Made by a program: the position numbers and the translations under genes. From Phaeodactylibacter sp. (GTDB lineage: Bacteria; Bacteroidota; Bacteroidia; Chitinophagales; Saprospiraceae), in NCBI GenBank assembly GCA_020436535.1, contig JAGQXQ010000110.1:368-64367 (forward strand): 64,000 nucleotides of DNA. Reading direction: 5' to 3'. The notes under the pieces were generated by a model that was not told where the DNA came from, made no database searches, and was given only the letters and a program-made list of their open reading frames with translations. Shown here one piece after another: positions 52,137 through 61,884 of this stretch (within the stretch, counting starts at the first letter, position 1; each line of letters begins with the position of its first letter).

Positions 52137-52805
52137 ATGCGGCCAATATCTATCATTCTTGCTGATTCTCAGTATCTTGTCCGGCTAGGGTTAAGACACC
52201 TCATCCGAAGCAAAGAACAGTTCAAGGTGGTTGCTGAAGCCACAAAGGAGCAACAATTACTTCAACAGATAAAGACTTTTACCCCCCAGGTTGTAATTCT
52301 CGATTACAACCAACCGGAAAACTTCAGTCAGTCTACCGTTGAGCAGATCAAGCGCGCCGCACCCCGCACCAACATCCTCATCATAAGCGCCGATAACAAT
52401 AAAAAGAACATCTATGATATTCTGGAGTTGGGCGTGAACAGTTATCTGACAAAGGCCTGCGGGGAAGACGAGATCATTGACGCAATAAGAGCAACGGCCC
52501 GAGGAGAAAAATTCTTTTGCACCAAGGTTTTGGATTTCCTGCTGGAAAAGACCTTTTCCAAAAACAATGGCAGCGAACTTTGCAATACCACCCCTCTTAC
52601 CCCCAGAGAGGTCGAAATTGTCCAACTGATCGCCCAGGGGTTAATTGCCAAGGAGATCGCCGGCCGGCTCAACTTAAGTACCCATACGGTCTATACCCAC
52701 CGGAAAAATATCATGAAAAAACTGAAATTCAATACTGCTTCAGAGTTAGTGTTGTACGCAGTTAATATGGGCATTGTGAAAAATAATCGGCCTTCCCCTC
52801 AGTAA
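52137..52805 (+). CDS. NarL/LuxR-family response regulator (REC + LuxR HTH), orphan
   Basis: 222 aa. Receiver domain with putative phospho-Asp in VVILDYN and conserved Lys in YLTKAC. LuxR HTH LTPREVEIVQLIAQGLIAKEIAGRLNLSTHTVYTHRKNIMKKL. No histidine kinase is adjacent. Confidence 0.8.
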   Translation: MRPISIILADSQYLVRLGLRHLIRSKEQFKVVAEATKEQQLLQQIKTFTPQVVILDYNQPENFSQSTVEQIKRAAPRTNILIISADNNKKNIYDILELGVNSYLTKACGEDEIIDAIRATARGEKFFCTKVLDFLLEKTFSKNNGSELCNTTPLTPREVEIVQLIAQGLIAKEIAGRLNLSTHTVYTHRKNIMKKLKFNTASELVLYAVNMGIVKNNRPSPQ

Positions 52806-52978
52806 ATGCACAAAAATGCAATCTTTTTGTTGTATCCTCCGTTTAACGAATGTATAAGGAGCTCCAATTCCGGGGCTAACTTGCATAAGTTACTGATTTC
52901 ATTTACCTTACTAAGGTTTTGAGCTTGCTCAGGATAAGCTCTGGTTTGGTTTCAGGCATGCTAATAAATTGATCCAAC

Positions 52979-54952
52979 ATGAAAAAATTCTTTCCGGCAC
53001 TTTTTTTCACGCTTCTTTTTAGTGCCTCTGCACACGCTGCCAGTCTTTACATCCTTTATGACCCGGCTTGTATGGACCGCTTGGAGTATGTCTCACTCAA
53101 TGGTAACGATAAAAGTGAATACATCGTATATCATGTCAACACCAGCCCGGGAGTGAAAGTAATCCTGGAAGTAGGCACAGAAAGTACAACTTCCCAGGAC
53201 TTTCCGCCCGCTCAGGTGATCAAATGCAGTAATGCGGTATTTGATGAAAAACTGGTCAATGCGATCAACAGTAATATCGAAAGGGTCTTCATGGTAGTCA
53301 AGAAAGGCAACAACCGGTACTTCATCTCGCCTATCACTCTGGCCGCCCGCTATCTCAGGGCCAATGACTACATCCTTTACGATTCCCCCAAATACCGCTT
53401 CCAATTCGATACCCAACTGGGGACGATTGGTGAAAATATCGCCTACAAAAACCCCAAGACGGAAGTGTATTTTGAAGGTATGCTGGAAAACGATTGTTCC
53501 GGCACCCTACTCTTCCAGCAGAAAGCGGAATTTGCCGGTAACCCGCACACCAATATAGAACTCGTACCTGAGGTCGGCATTGTCGAGGAGCGCAGCGGCA
53601 TCAATGCAGCAGACGCCATGCGTAATGTCCTTCGGCTGGAAAAAGTCAACGGAAAAAAACTAGCGCCCTACCTGCGGCAGATCTGTAAAGGCATTGTAGA
53701 ACCGGATGAAGTAGGGGCCGTTACCAACGCCGGCCAGCCGGCAGATGAATTTCTCGCGGTTGAGCCCCGAATTGGAACAACAACCGCCAAGGGCGAAGCA
53801 CCAGCCGTAGAAACATTAAAGGCGCCGGCAACCTCTGAAACGACGGCCGAATTCCACCCAGTAAAGAAAGGTGAAACCCTCTATCGGATCTCCAAAAAAT
53901 ATAATGTAACGGTTGATCAGCTAAAAACCTGGAATAATAAAGGCAACTCCAATACGATCCTCGTTGGTGAAAAACTTCGGGTTGCGCCTCAAAGCCAGGT
54001 ACAAGAACGCACAGCGCCGGCGGAAGGCCAGATCCGAATCCTGGGCGGCCCAATCGGTTTCGACAACACAGGAACCACCCCTTCTCAGCCATCTGCTGTA
54101 CCCAGTTTATCCGCCAAAGGCGGCGGTGGCGGTGGATCCAGTGACCAGTACCATGTTGTTAAGCCTGGCGAAACGGTAGCATCTATTGCCATGCGCTATG
54201 GCTACACCGAACAACATTTCCGGGAGTTCAACAATCTGGGAAGGAACGACGTGGCCAAGATCGGCCAAACCCTGAAAACAACCGATTGTGATTGCCCACA
54301 AATGCAACCCGCCGCCCCGGCTATTGGCCAAAAGAGTGCAGCGGGAGCAGAATCCGGCCTCAGCAGTTATGCCGCTACTCAGCCGAGGATAAGTACCCAG
54401 TACTACAATCAACAGAATAGCAGCGCAGGCAGCAGCCCTACCCTGTCATCCGCCACCACCACCCCGGCTCCTGAAGAATCTTTTTATAATCAGGATCTCG
54501 GCCGGAGCAGTAGTTATTCCACCCAGGAGTACGACAACCTCAATACTCCTCTGTTCCTGGACCGCCCAAGTGCACCACCTCCACCTCCGGCGGTGGCTCA
54601 ACCGGCCACCCCGGCTAACACACAGGGCCGTGAATATAGCCCTCAGGGCGATTTTTACAGCATCACCGGTGGCAGAATTGATAGCGGCAACACAGACAAT
54701 AGTAACCTAACCAGCAAGGGCATCATTTCAAGCAGTTTTTCCAGCCGCTCTCCAGTCGTCAGCGGCGTTGTCCAGGAAAATAGAAGCACCGCAAAAACCA
54801 ATCAGTCGCGTAGTTTTTATGTGGTCAAGGAAGGTGATACCCTTTTCAGCATTGCACGCAGGTACGGAATGACCGTAGAACGCCTCCGGGACATCAACAA
54901 CCTGGGCGGTAGCGAAGTGATCATTCCCTACCAAAAGCTCTATCTTAATTAG
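52979..54952 (+). CDS. Secreted protein with unknown N-terminal domain, low-complexity linkers and three LysM domains
   Basis: 657 aa. Signal peptide MKKFFPALFFTLLFSASAHA. LysM 1: HPVKKGETLYRISKKYNVTVDQLKTWNN. LysM 2: YHVVKPGETVASIAMRYGYTEQHFREFNN. LysM 3: YVVKEGDTLFSIARRYGMTVERLRDINN. S/T/P/Q-rich spacers and a GGGGGG run. Confidence 0.8.
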   Translation: MKKFFPALFFTLLFSASAHAASLYILYDPACMDRLEYVSLNGNDKSEYIVYHVNTSPGVKVILEVGTESTTSQDFPPAQVIKCSNAVFDEKLVNAINSNIERVFMVVKKGNNRYFISPITLAARYLRANDYILYDSPKYRFQFDTQLGTIGENIAYKNPKTEVYFEGMLENDCSGTLLFQQKAEFAGNPHTNIELVPEVGIVEERSGINAADAMRNVLRLEKVNGKKLAPYLRQICKGIVEPDEVGAVTNAGQPADEFLAVEPRIGTTTAKGEAPAVETLKAPATSETTAEFHPVKKGETLYRISKKYNVTVDQLKTWNNKGNSNTILVGEKLRVAPQSQVQERTAPAEGQIRILGGPIGFDNTGTTPSQPSAVPSLSAKGGGGGGSSDQYHVVKPGETVASIAMRYGYTEQHFREFNNLGRNDVAKIGQTLKTTDCDCPQMQPAAPAIGQKSAAGAESGLSSYAATQPRISTQYYNQQNSSAGSSPTLSSATTTPAPEESFYNQDLGRSSSYSTQEYDNLNTPLFLDRPSAPPPPPAVAQPATPANTQGREYSPQGDFYSITGGRIDSGNTDNSNLTSKGIISSSFSSRSPVVSGVVQENRSTAKTNQSRSFYVVKEGDTLFSIARRYGMTVERLRDINNLGGSEVIIPYQKLYLN

Positions 54953-54969
54953 AGTCGGTTATTGCTTTA

Positions 54970-55019
54970 GAAAATAGCGAGAGCCATCCGCTTAAAGTAG
55001 GATGGCTCTCGCTATTTTC
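54970..55019 (+). terminator. Rho-independent terminator after the LysM gene
   Basis: 20-bp perfect stem gaaaatagcgagagccatcc / ggatggctctcgctattttc (54970-54989 / 55000-55019) with a 10-nt loop. Confidence 0.65.
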
Positions 55020-55177
55020 CCGCTTTCCATCTCACTGCTTTGATAGGTTTCGAAGCATCAGGCCATCTGAAAACCAGAGATTTTATCTCTCTTTTTATTC
55101 ATTGTTTGGGTTTTCAGCGCCTCCGCGAAATTTGTCAAAGCAGGAAACTTTCTTAATTTCGCAGGCAAACCAGCAAC

Positions 55178-56278
55178 ATGTTGTTGATCCTTTTCTTTTT
55201 ACTCTCTATCTGCTTTTCCTTCCTATGCTCGATTTGGGAGGCAGTGTTGTTAAGCGTCACCCCTTCCTTTGTCGAAATCAAGAGTAAACAGGGTACTCAG
55301 ACCGGAAAACTACTCAAGCAATTCAAGGATGACATCGACCGGCCGCTATCCGCCATACTCACTTTGAATACCATTGCTCATACCCTGGGCGCTATTGGAG
55401 TTGGCGCACAGGCCACCAAAGTATTCGGCAGTAGCTACATGGCCATCGGAGGGGTACAATTACCCTTCTCCATGGAAGCCTTTGTCGGTGCAGTTATGAC
55501 CCTGGCCATTCTCATCTTGTCCGAGATTATCCCTAAGACTTTGGGCGCCAACTACTGGGAACAACTCTCCGGATTTACCGCCCACGCCATCCATATTCTA
55601 ATCTATTCCCTGCTTCCGCTGGTGTGGCTTAGCCAGTTCATCACCAAAAAATTGAAAAAGGACAAATCCAAGAGCGTCCTGAGCCGGGCAGATTTCACCG
55701 CCATGGCTGAGATCGGTGAAAAGGAAGGCATTTTCAGAAGCAACGAATCCAAGATCATACGGAACCTCCTAAGGCTGAATACCATACGAGCCAAAGATAT
55801 TATGACTCCCAGAACGGTGGTCAAAGCCGCCGACCAGGAAAGAACGATCGAGAGTTTTTATCAGGCCAATCAAAAACTACAATTTTCCCGTATTCCCGTA
55901 TTCCGGGATACCAAAGACCATATCAACGGCTTTGTCCTTAAAGATGAAATACTGAGCGCTATGATCCACAGCAATGGAGATATGCCCTTGAAAGATATCA
56001 TGCGGGAAATACTGATCATCAATGAACAAATGGCCCTGCCCGACCTTTTCAACCGCCTGATGGAAAAGCGGGAACACATTGCCCTGGTCGTCGACGAATT
56101 TGGAGGGATGGCAGGTATTATCACCATGGAAGACGTCATCGAAACACTGATCGGCATGGAGATCGTCGATGAGCAGGACAATATTGAAGACATGCAATCC
56201 CTGGCCCGGAAAAACTGGGAAAAACGAGCGCGCAGCCTCGGCCTGATCGATGAAGAAGGTAGGGAGAAAAGTGATTGA
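55178..56278 (+). CDS. CNNM/DUF21 + tandem CBS domain transporter (hemolysin/CorC-related, lacking the CorC_HlyC tail)
   Basis: 366 aa. Four N-terminal hydrophobic segments (DUF21), with PKTLGANYWE. CBS pair region ...IMTPRTVV...ALVVDEFGGMAGIITMEDVIETLIG. Confidence 0.75.
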   Translation: MLLILFFLLSICFSFLCSIWEAVLLSVTPSFVEIKSKQGTQTGKLLKQFKDDIDRPLSAILTLNTIAHTLGAIGVGAQATKVFGSSYMAIGGVQLPFSMEAFVGAVMTLAILILSEIIPKTLGANYWEQLSGFTAHAIHILIYSLLPLVWLSQFITKKLKKDKSKSVLSRADFTAMAEIGEKEGIFRSNESKIIRNLLRLNTIRAKDIMTPRTVVKAADQERTIESFYQANQKLQFSRIPVFRDTKDHINGFVLKDEILSAMIHSNGDMPLKDIMREILIINEQMALPDLFNRLMEKREHIALVVDEFGGMAGIITMEDVIETLIGMEIVDEQDNIEDMQSLARKNWEKRARSLGLIDEEGREKSD

Positions 56279-56334
56279 GCGTTACCCGGCTAAGCAGGCG
56301 GAAAGCGATGGAAGGATGGAGAAAGCCTTCAAGG

Positions 56335-57321
56335 TCAAAAGTCTGCATATACTTCTTCCCTCGGTACTCGCTGAGGTAAAGGCCCAAAATGAGCCAGTTT
56401 CAATTCTGCCATGCGCCGGCCGGCCTTGGCCCGGTTGATCAAGGGTTCATTGTCGAGCCAGGCGGTTAGGTAACCCGACCAAAAAGCGTCACCTGCGCCG
56501 GTAGTATCCTTGACTTCCACTTTCCTGGCCGGCAAAAAGAGCCCGCCTTCCTGATTGGCTACATAGCAACCTTCGCTCCCCATCGTAATACAGGCTTCAG
56601 AGGCCCCCAGCTCCAAAAAGTGGGTAGCCGCTTTTTCAGGATCGGCCAGCTTTGAATCGTAGAGGCGCTCCCAATCCACTTCACTCACTTTGACAAGTGC
56701 CCCCAAACCGCAGTATTCCGATACAATTTGCTGCGCTTGCTGCTGATCCCGCCAGATCTTTCGGGCGTAGTTGGCATCGATGCTCAACTGACAACCTTTT
56801 TGTACAGCCAGCCGTGCAGCACGCATGATGCTGCTTTGCGCCGGCTCTTTGCTCAGGGCAAAACAAGTGGTGTGAAACAGGGCAATCTCATCGAACAGGC
56901 TGGCGGGAAACTGCTCATCGATGATCTCACAATCGGCGCCCCGGTAAGCCTCGAAATTGGATACATTGCGCGAACGCGTTACAAGTATAAGCGTGGTGGG
57001 AATGTCTATGGACCGCACATTGTGACAATCTACCCCTAAGCTTTGTACATACTTGAGCAGGTAGTGCCCCATATCATCATTGCCCAGAGAAGCCAGGAGT
57101 TTGGATCGGTTGCCCAGGCGCGCCATATTCATACACATATTCGCCGGGCTTCCCCCCTGAAGACGTTTAAAATTATGCACTTCATCTAGATTATCAGCAA
57201 AATCTGTGGAAATAAAGTCGATCAGTAGCTCTCCTACTGCTAAAATGTCATATTTTTTGTTGCGCCGGCTTGACATTGCAAACATTTTCGTTTTTGTCGG
57301 TTTATTATTAATGTAAAACAT
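56335..57321 (-). CDS. PfkB-family carbohydrate kinase (substrate unassigned)
   Basis: DILAVGELLIDFIS N-terminal motif and DTTGAGDAFWSGYL signature. Start is ambiguous: ATGs at 57321, 57285 and 57276. Confidence 0.75.
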   Translation of the reverse strand: MFYINNKPTKTKMFAMSSRRNKKYDILAVGELLIDFISTDFADNLDEVHNFKRLQGGSPANMCMNMARLGNRSKLLASLGNDDMGHYLLKYVQSLGVDCHNVRSIDIPTTLILVTRSRNVSNFEAYRGADCEIIDEQFPASLFDEIALFHTTCFALSKEPAQSSIMRAARLAVQKGCQLSIDANYARKIWRDQQQAQQIVSEYCGLGALVKVSEVDWERLYDSKLADPEKAATHFLELGASEACITMGSEGCYVANQEGGLFLPARKVEVKDTTGAGDAFWSGYLTAWLDNEPLINRAKAGRRMAELKLAHFGPLPQRVPREEVYADF

Positions 57322-57409
57322 ATTTACTTATTGTGTTTTTCACACAAAGCCTCTATATTCTACACCCTGTAAAATAGTAGAATTTCCTACAATTTCAAAC
57401 TTCACCGAC

Positions 57410-59077
57410 ATGAACCTATTGTCCTCCATTAATCGAAAAGAAATCATCGCGAGACTACAAAATGAGCCATACGACCTGGCCGTAGTTGGCGGCGGCATCA
57501 CCGGCGCAGGTATTGCCCTGGATGCAGCTTCCAGGGGCATGAAAGTCGCATTAGTTGAGAAAGATGATTTCGCATCAGGCACCAGCAGCAAATCTACCAA
57601 GCTGATACATGGAGGGCTTCGTTATCTAAAACAATTCGAAATTGGCCTAGTCCGCGAGGTAGGCCGCGAACGGGCTATTGTCCATAAACTGGCGCCACAT
57701 CTGGTGCTGGCGGAAAAAATGCTGCTCCCCCTGGTCAAAGGAGGCACTTTCGGCCCGCTTGGTACTTCTATTGGATTATTTGTTTACGATCTACTGGCCG
57801 GTGTCAAGGGAGACGACAAAAGGAGAATGCTGAACAAGAACCAAACCCTGGAAAAAGAACCTTTGCTAAAGGGCCAGAGCGAGGTGCTCAATGGCAGTGG
57901 CTATTATGCCGAATACCGCACCGATGACGCCAGGCTCACCATCGAGAATATCAAAACAGCAGCAAAATACGGTGCAGTATGCATCAACTATGTCAAGGTA
58001 GAGGACTTACTGTATCAGGGTGGGAAAGTAACAGGCATTCAGTGTAGTGATCTGGAAACCGAGGAAACACTGGAAGTGAAAGCAGCCTATGTGGTGAGCG
58101 CCGCCGGGCCTTGGGTCGACACCTTGCGCAGAAAGGATAACTCCTTGAAGGGTAAGCGCGTTTTCATGTCAAAAGGCGTTCATATTGTAGTCCCTCATGA
58201 ACGCTTCCCCGTTCAGCAGTCACTATATTTTGATATTCCGGACGGCCGGATGGCCTTCGCCATTCCGCGGCAACGGGTAACGTATATAGGCACTACGGAC
58301 ACCCCCTACGAGGGAGACCCCAATAAAATCCCCATCGACCAGGAGGATGTAGACTATCTGCTGAATGCCACCAATCAAATGTTCCCCGGGGCCGAACTCA
58401 CGTCCGAAGATGTGGAATCCAGTTGGGCCGGCGTGCGGCCGCTCATCTATGAAGAAGGCAAATCCGCCTCCGAAATGTCCCGAAAAGATGAGATCTTTGA
58501 GTCTGAATCCGGGCTGATCTCCATTGCGGGAGGCAAGCTTACCGGCTACAGGAAAATGGCGGAACGAATCACCAGCCTTTTAGGGCAAAAATTTCAGGAG
58601 GACCACAACCGAACCCTTCAGCCAAGCCGAACCAGGCAGATCCCATTGTCGGGTGGGGCGTTCCGAAATGCAGATGAAGTGGAGGCCTACAAGAAAACGG
58701 TAGCCCAACATTTGAAGGGACTGGGGCTTAACAGCTATCATGCCGACTATCTGATATCCAACTATGGAAAACAGACGGACGAAATCCTGAACAAATCCAG
58801 GTCATACCAGGATAATCCAGAGGTGGCATTGGCCAGAGCGGAGGCCTGGTATGCCATACACCACGAACTGGCGCTCCACCCCATGGATTTTTTCAACCGT
58901 CGGACCGGCAGGTTGTACTTCAACCTCCCCAGCATCAGCGCTGTGATGAAACCTGTTCTAGAAGATTTCCAGGCCTACTTCAAATGGAGTGAAAGCGAGC
59001 TGAAAGAGGAAACCGAAAAAGTCCGGGAGGAAATTCGGTGGGTTTCTGAATTTGAATACGCCTCAAAGGGGGTGTGA
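57410..59077 (+). CDS. glpD: FAD-dependent glycerol-3-phosphate dehydrogenase/oxidase
   Basis: 555 aa. DLAVVGGGITGAGIALDAASRGMKVALVEKDDFASGTSSKSTKLIHGGLRYL is the classic GlpD N-terminus. Confidence 0.85.
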   Translation: MNLLSSINRKEIIARLQNEPYDLAVVGGGITGAGIALDAASRGMKVALVEKDDFASGTSSKSTKLIHGGLRYLKQFEIGLVREVGRERAIVHKLAPHLVLAEKMLLPLVKGGTFGPLGTSIGLFVYDLLAGVKGDDKRRMLNKNQTLEKEPLLKGQSEVLNGSGYYAEYRTDDARLTIENIKTAAKYGAVCINYVKVEDLLYQGGKVTGIQCSDLETEETLEVKAAYVVSAAGPWVDTLRRKDNSLKGKRVFMSKGVHIVVPHERFPVQQSLYFDIPDGRMAFAIPRQRVTYIGTTDTPYEGDPNKIPIDQEDVDYLLNATNQMFPGAELTSEDVESSWAGVRPLIYEEGKSASEMSRKDEIFESESGLISIAGGKLTGYRKMAERITSLLGQKFQEDHNRTLQPSRTRQIPLSGGAFRNADEVEAYKKTVAQHLKGLGLNSYHADYLISNYGKQTDEILNKSRSYQDNPEVALARAEAWYAIHHELALHPMDFFNRRTGRLYFNLPSISAVMKPVLEDFQAYFKWSESELKEETEKVREEIRWVSEFEYASKGV

Positions 59078-59227
59078 TCCTAGTCTGTATCCCCTCCTTA
59101 GGTTAGGGGCCTATTGATGCCTAGCGGGGGAGTAGAGGCTTATTTGGGGCCTTATTTGGGGTTTAGAAAGGTTTAGCTTGCCGTTAGAGGGCACTTTACA
59201 AAACATCGAAAAATTAACTATAAATTG

Positions 59228-61732
59228 ATGGCAGATCAAACTGGCAAAACTCCCGTTTCCTCAATGATTAAGGATGAGGAAACCGCTACCGGAGAACGTT
59301 ATCCGGACATTTACCACGAATATCGGCCGAATGCGGCCGTCCTGCAATATCAGGAAAAGGACGACATTTTTGTCTATGAAGCAGACAATGGCGCAGCGCT
59401 GAAGGTGGAAGTGGTTTCCGAAGATATTTTCCGCTTTCGATACGCCCCTGAAGGGCATTTCGAGCGCGACTTCTCCTACGCTATTGACCCATCCTTAAAA
59501 TACAGCCTTCCGCGAGTAACCATGGGAGGAGATGAGACCCATTATTTCATCCACACCCATAAAGTGTTTTGCCGGATAGACAAGCAAAACCTCCAGGTCA
59601 GCCTCTACCAGGCAGAGGGGCAGAAGCTGATCTGTGAAGATGCAGAACCCTATTATTGTCGCCGGACCATGCTCCGGGGTACGGACCAGGTAAGGATCAC
59701 CAAGAAAGCGCCACCGTCTGAGGCTTATTTTGGGATGGGCGATAAAACCGGCCCGGCCAACCTTCGGGGCAACAAGGTTCAAAACTGGAATACGGACTCT
59801 TTCTCTTATAAAAAAGGGCAGGATCCGCTCTACCGCTCTATACCGTTTTACTTTGGGTTAAGGAACGGTTTGGGCTACGGTATTTTTGTCAACAACAGCT
59901 ACCGGACCCACTTTGACTTCGACAGTGAGCAACAGGGCCTGACCAGTTTTTGGGCCGATGGAGGAGAAATGGATTACTACTTCATTCACGGCCCGGCTCT
60001 CATGGACGTGGCCCGGCGATACGCCTGGCTCACCGGGCGCCCCGAACTCCCTCCTATGTGGGCGCTGGGCTTTCACCAATGCCGCTGGAGCTATTACCCG
60101 GAAAGCCGGGTCATGGAGTTGGCTCAGGAGTTCCGCGGCAGACAGATTCCCTGCGATGCGATTTATCTCGATATTGATTATATGGATGGCTATCGTTGCT
60201 TTACCTGGAACAAGGACTATTTCCCCAATCCTGCCGGTATGATCGGCAAACTCAGGGAACAGGGGTTCCAAACGGTGGTTATGATCGATCCCGGCATCAG
60301 GGTGGATCAACAGTATCCGGTTTATAAGAAAGGGTTGGAACAAGATGCCTTCGTTTACCGGTCAACCGGAGAACTCATGAGGGGGCCGGTATGGCCCCCT
60401 GATTGTGTATTTCCGGATTTCACGCACCCAAATGTTCGCGAATGGTGGGGGCAGCTCTACAAGGGCCTTTATCTGGAAGACGGTGTCAGTGGTTTCTGGA
60501 ATGACATGAACGAGCCGGCTGTTTTCAAATTGGATATCGCCACCTGTCCGGATAATGTGCTCCACCACTATGATGGCGCACCCTGCGACCATCGCAAAGC
60601 CCACAATATCTATGGGCAGCAAATGTCCAGAGCCACCTTTGAGGGGTTGAAAAGCCTGAAGCCCGATAAGCGCCCCTTTGTGCTGACCCGGGCGACCTTC
60701 AGCGGCGGCCAGCGCTTCGCTTCCGTCTGGACCGGAGACAATGCGGCCACCTGGGAACACCTTCGGCTGGCTAACCTGCAGTGCCAGCGCCTCGCCGCTT
60801 CGGGCTTTTCTTTTGTCGGCACCGATATTGGCGGCTTTAATAAGCAACCAGATGGAGAACTCTTCATTCGCTGGATCCAACTGGCGGTTTTCCACCCACT
60901 CTACCGGGTTCACTCCATGGGCAATAACCTGGACGGCGCCGCCGAAGCCGAAGCGGAACTAATCCAGGCAGCGGAGCAGGAAAACCGCATGGACCAGGAG
61001 CCCTGGTCCTATGGAGAAGACAATACCCTACTGGCCAAAAAGGCCATCGAGTTGCGCTACCAGCTTCTACCTTATATTTACACAGCTTTTTATCAGCATA
61101 TAAAAAACGGAGCCCCCGTTATTCGAAGCCTTTTCCTCTACAGCCAGGAAGACCCCACCGCCATCGAGCGAGAAGAAGAATTTTTATTTGGAGACCATCT
61201 CCTGGTGGCGCCTATTCTGGAGCCCGGCATCGAAACGGTTCAGGTGTACCTTCCCCAGGGCAGGTGGTATGACTACTGGAACGGCGCGCTCTACGAGGGA
61301 AAACAAATGGCTAACTTCAAGACACAGGCGGACCGCATTCCCATCCTGGTCAAGGCGGGAGCCGTCATCCCCAATTACCCGGTTCAACAGTATGTTGGGG
61401 AGCAGCAATTTGAGGAAATCTCCCTTTGCGCCTATTTCGGCGAGGGGCGCAGCACCCTTTATGAGGATGCCGGTGAAGGTTACGGCTACCGGGAAGGCCA
61501 ATACAAACTGCGTACATTCACAACAAAAGCAGGCAAAAACAGCTTTTCTCTGATGCAGGAATTACAGGGAAAATATCAAACGTCTTACAGGACTTTCCAA
61601 CTGTCGATAGTGGGGCTCTCCTTCAAAGTGAGTAGTTGCCGGGCAGATGGCAAGGAAACAGCGTTTGAACAGGATGGCGCTCAGTTGCGGGTAAAGGTTC
61701 AGGAAGGCTTTAAAGAGGTGGTATGGAAGTAG
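59228..61732 (+). CDS. GH31 alpha-glucosidase family enzyme
   Basis: GH31 nucleophile signature GFWNDMNEP. SVWTGDNAATW. Acid/base region FVGTDIGGF. The track start at 59225 is TTG; the adjacent ATG is at 59228. Confidence 0.85.
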   Translation: MADQTGKTPVSSMIKDEETATGERYPDIYHEYRPNAAVLQYQEKDDIFVYEADNGAALKVEVVSEDIFRFRYAPEGHFERDFSYAIDPSLKYSLPRVTMGGDETHYFIHTHKVFCRIDKQNLQVSLYQAEGQKLICEDAEPYYCRRTMLRGTDQVRITKKAPPSEAYFGMGDKTGPANLRGNKVQNWNTDSFSYKKGQDPLYRSIPFYFGLRNGLGYGIFVNNSYRTHFDFDSEQQGLTSFWADGGEMDYYFIHGPALMDVARRYAWLTGRPELPPMWALGFHQCRWSYYPESRVMELAQEFRGRQIPCDAIYLDIDYMDGYRCFTWNKDYFPNPAGMIGKLREQGFQTVVMIDPGIRVDQQYPVYKKGLEQDAFVYRSTGELMRGPVWPPDCVFPDFTHPNVREWWGQLYKGLYLEDGVSGFWNDMNEPAVFKLDIATCPDNVLHHYDGAPCDHRKAHNIYGQQMSRATFEGLKSLKPDKRPFVLTRATFSGGQRFASVWTGDNAATWEHLRLANLQCQRLAASGFSFVGTDIGGFNKQPDGELFIRWIQLAVFHPLYRVHSMGNNLDGAAEAEAELIQAAEQENRMDQEPWSYGEDNTLLAKKAIELRYQLLPYIYTAFYQHIKNGAPVIRSLFLYSQEDPTAIEREEEFLFGDHLLVAPILEPGIETVQVYLPQGRWYDYWNGALYEGKQMANFKTQADRIPILVKAGAVIPNYPVQQYVGEQQFEEISLCAYFGEGRSTLYEDAGEGYGYREGQYKLRTFTTKAGKNSFSLMQELQGKYQTSYRTFQLSIVGLSFKVSSCRADGKETAFEQDGAQLRVKVQEGFKEVVWK

Positions 61733-61884
61733 GCTAATCCAACTTCGGCTGCCACTCGATTTCCAAATTTATCCAGGGAGCGCTCTAAGGCGATGCCCCC
61801 AACAGGCGCAAGGTGGTTGTTGGTAATTCTTTTTTCCTGCCTGCCGTCATTCGGGTAGATAATGGTTTTCGGCAGGCCGGCGGC

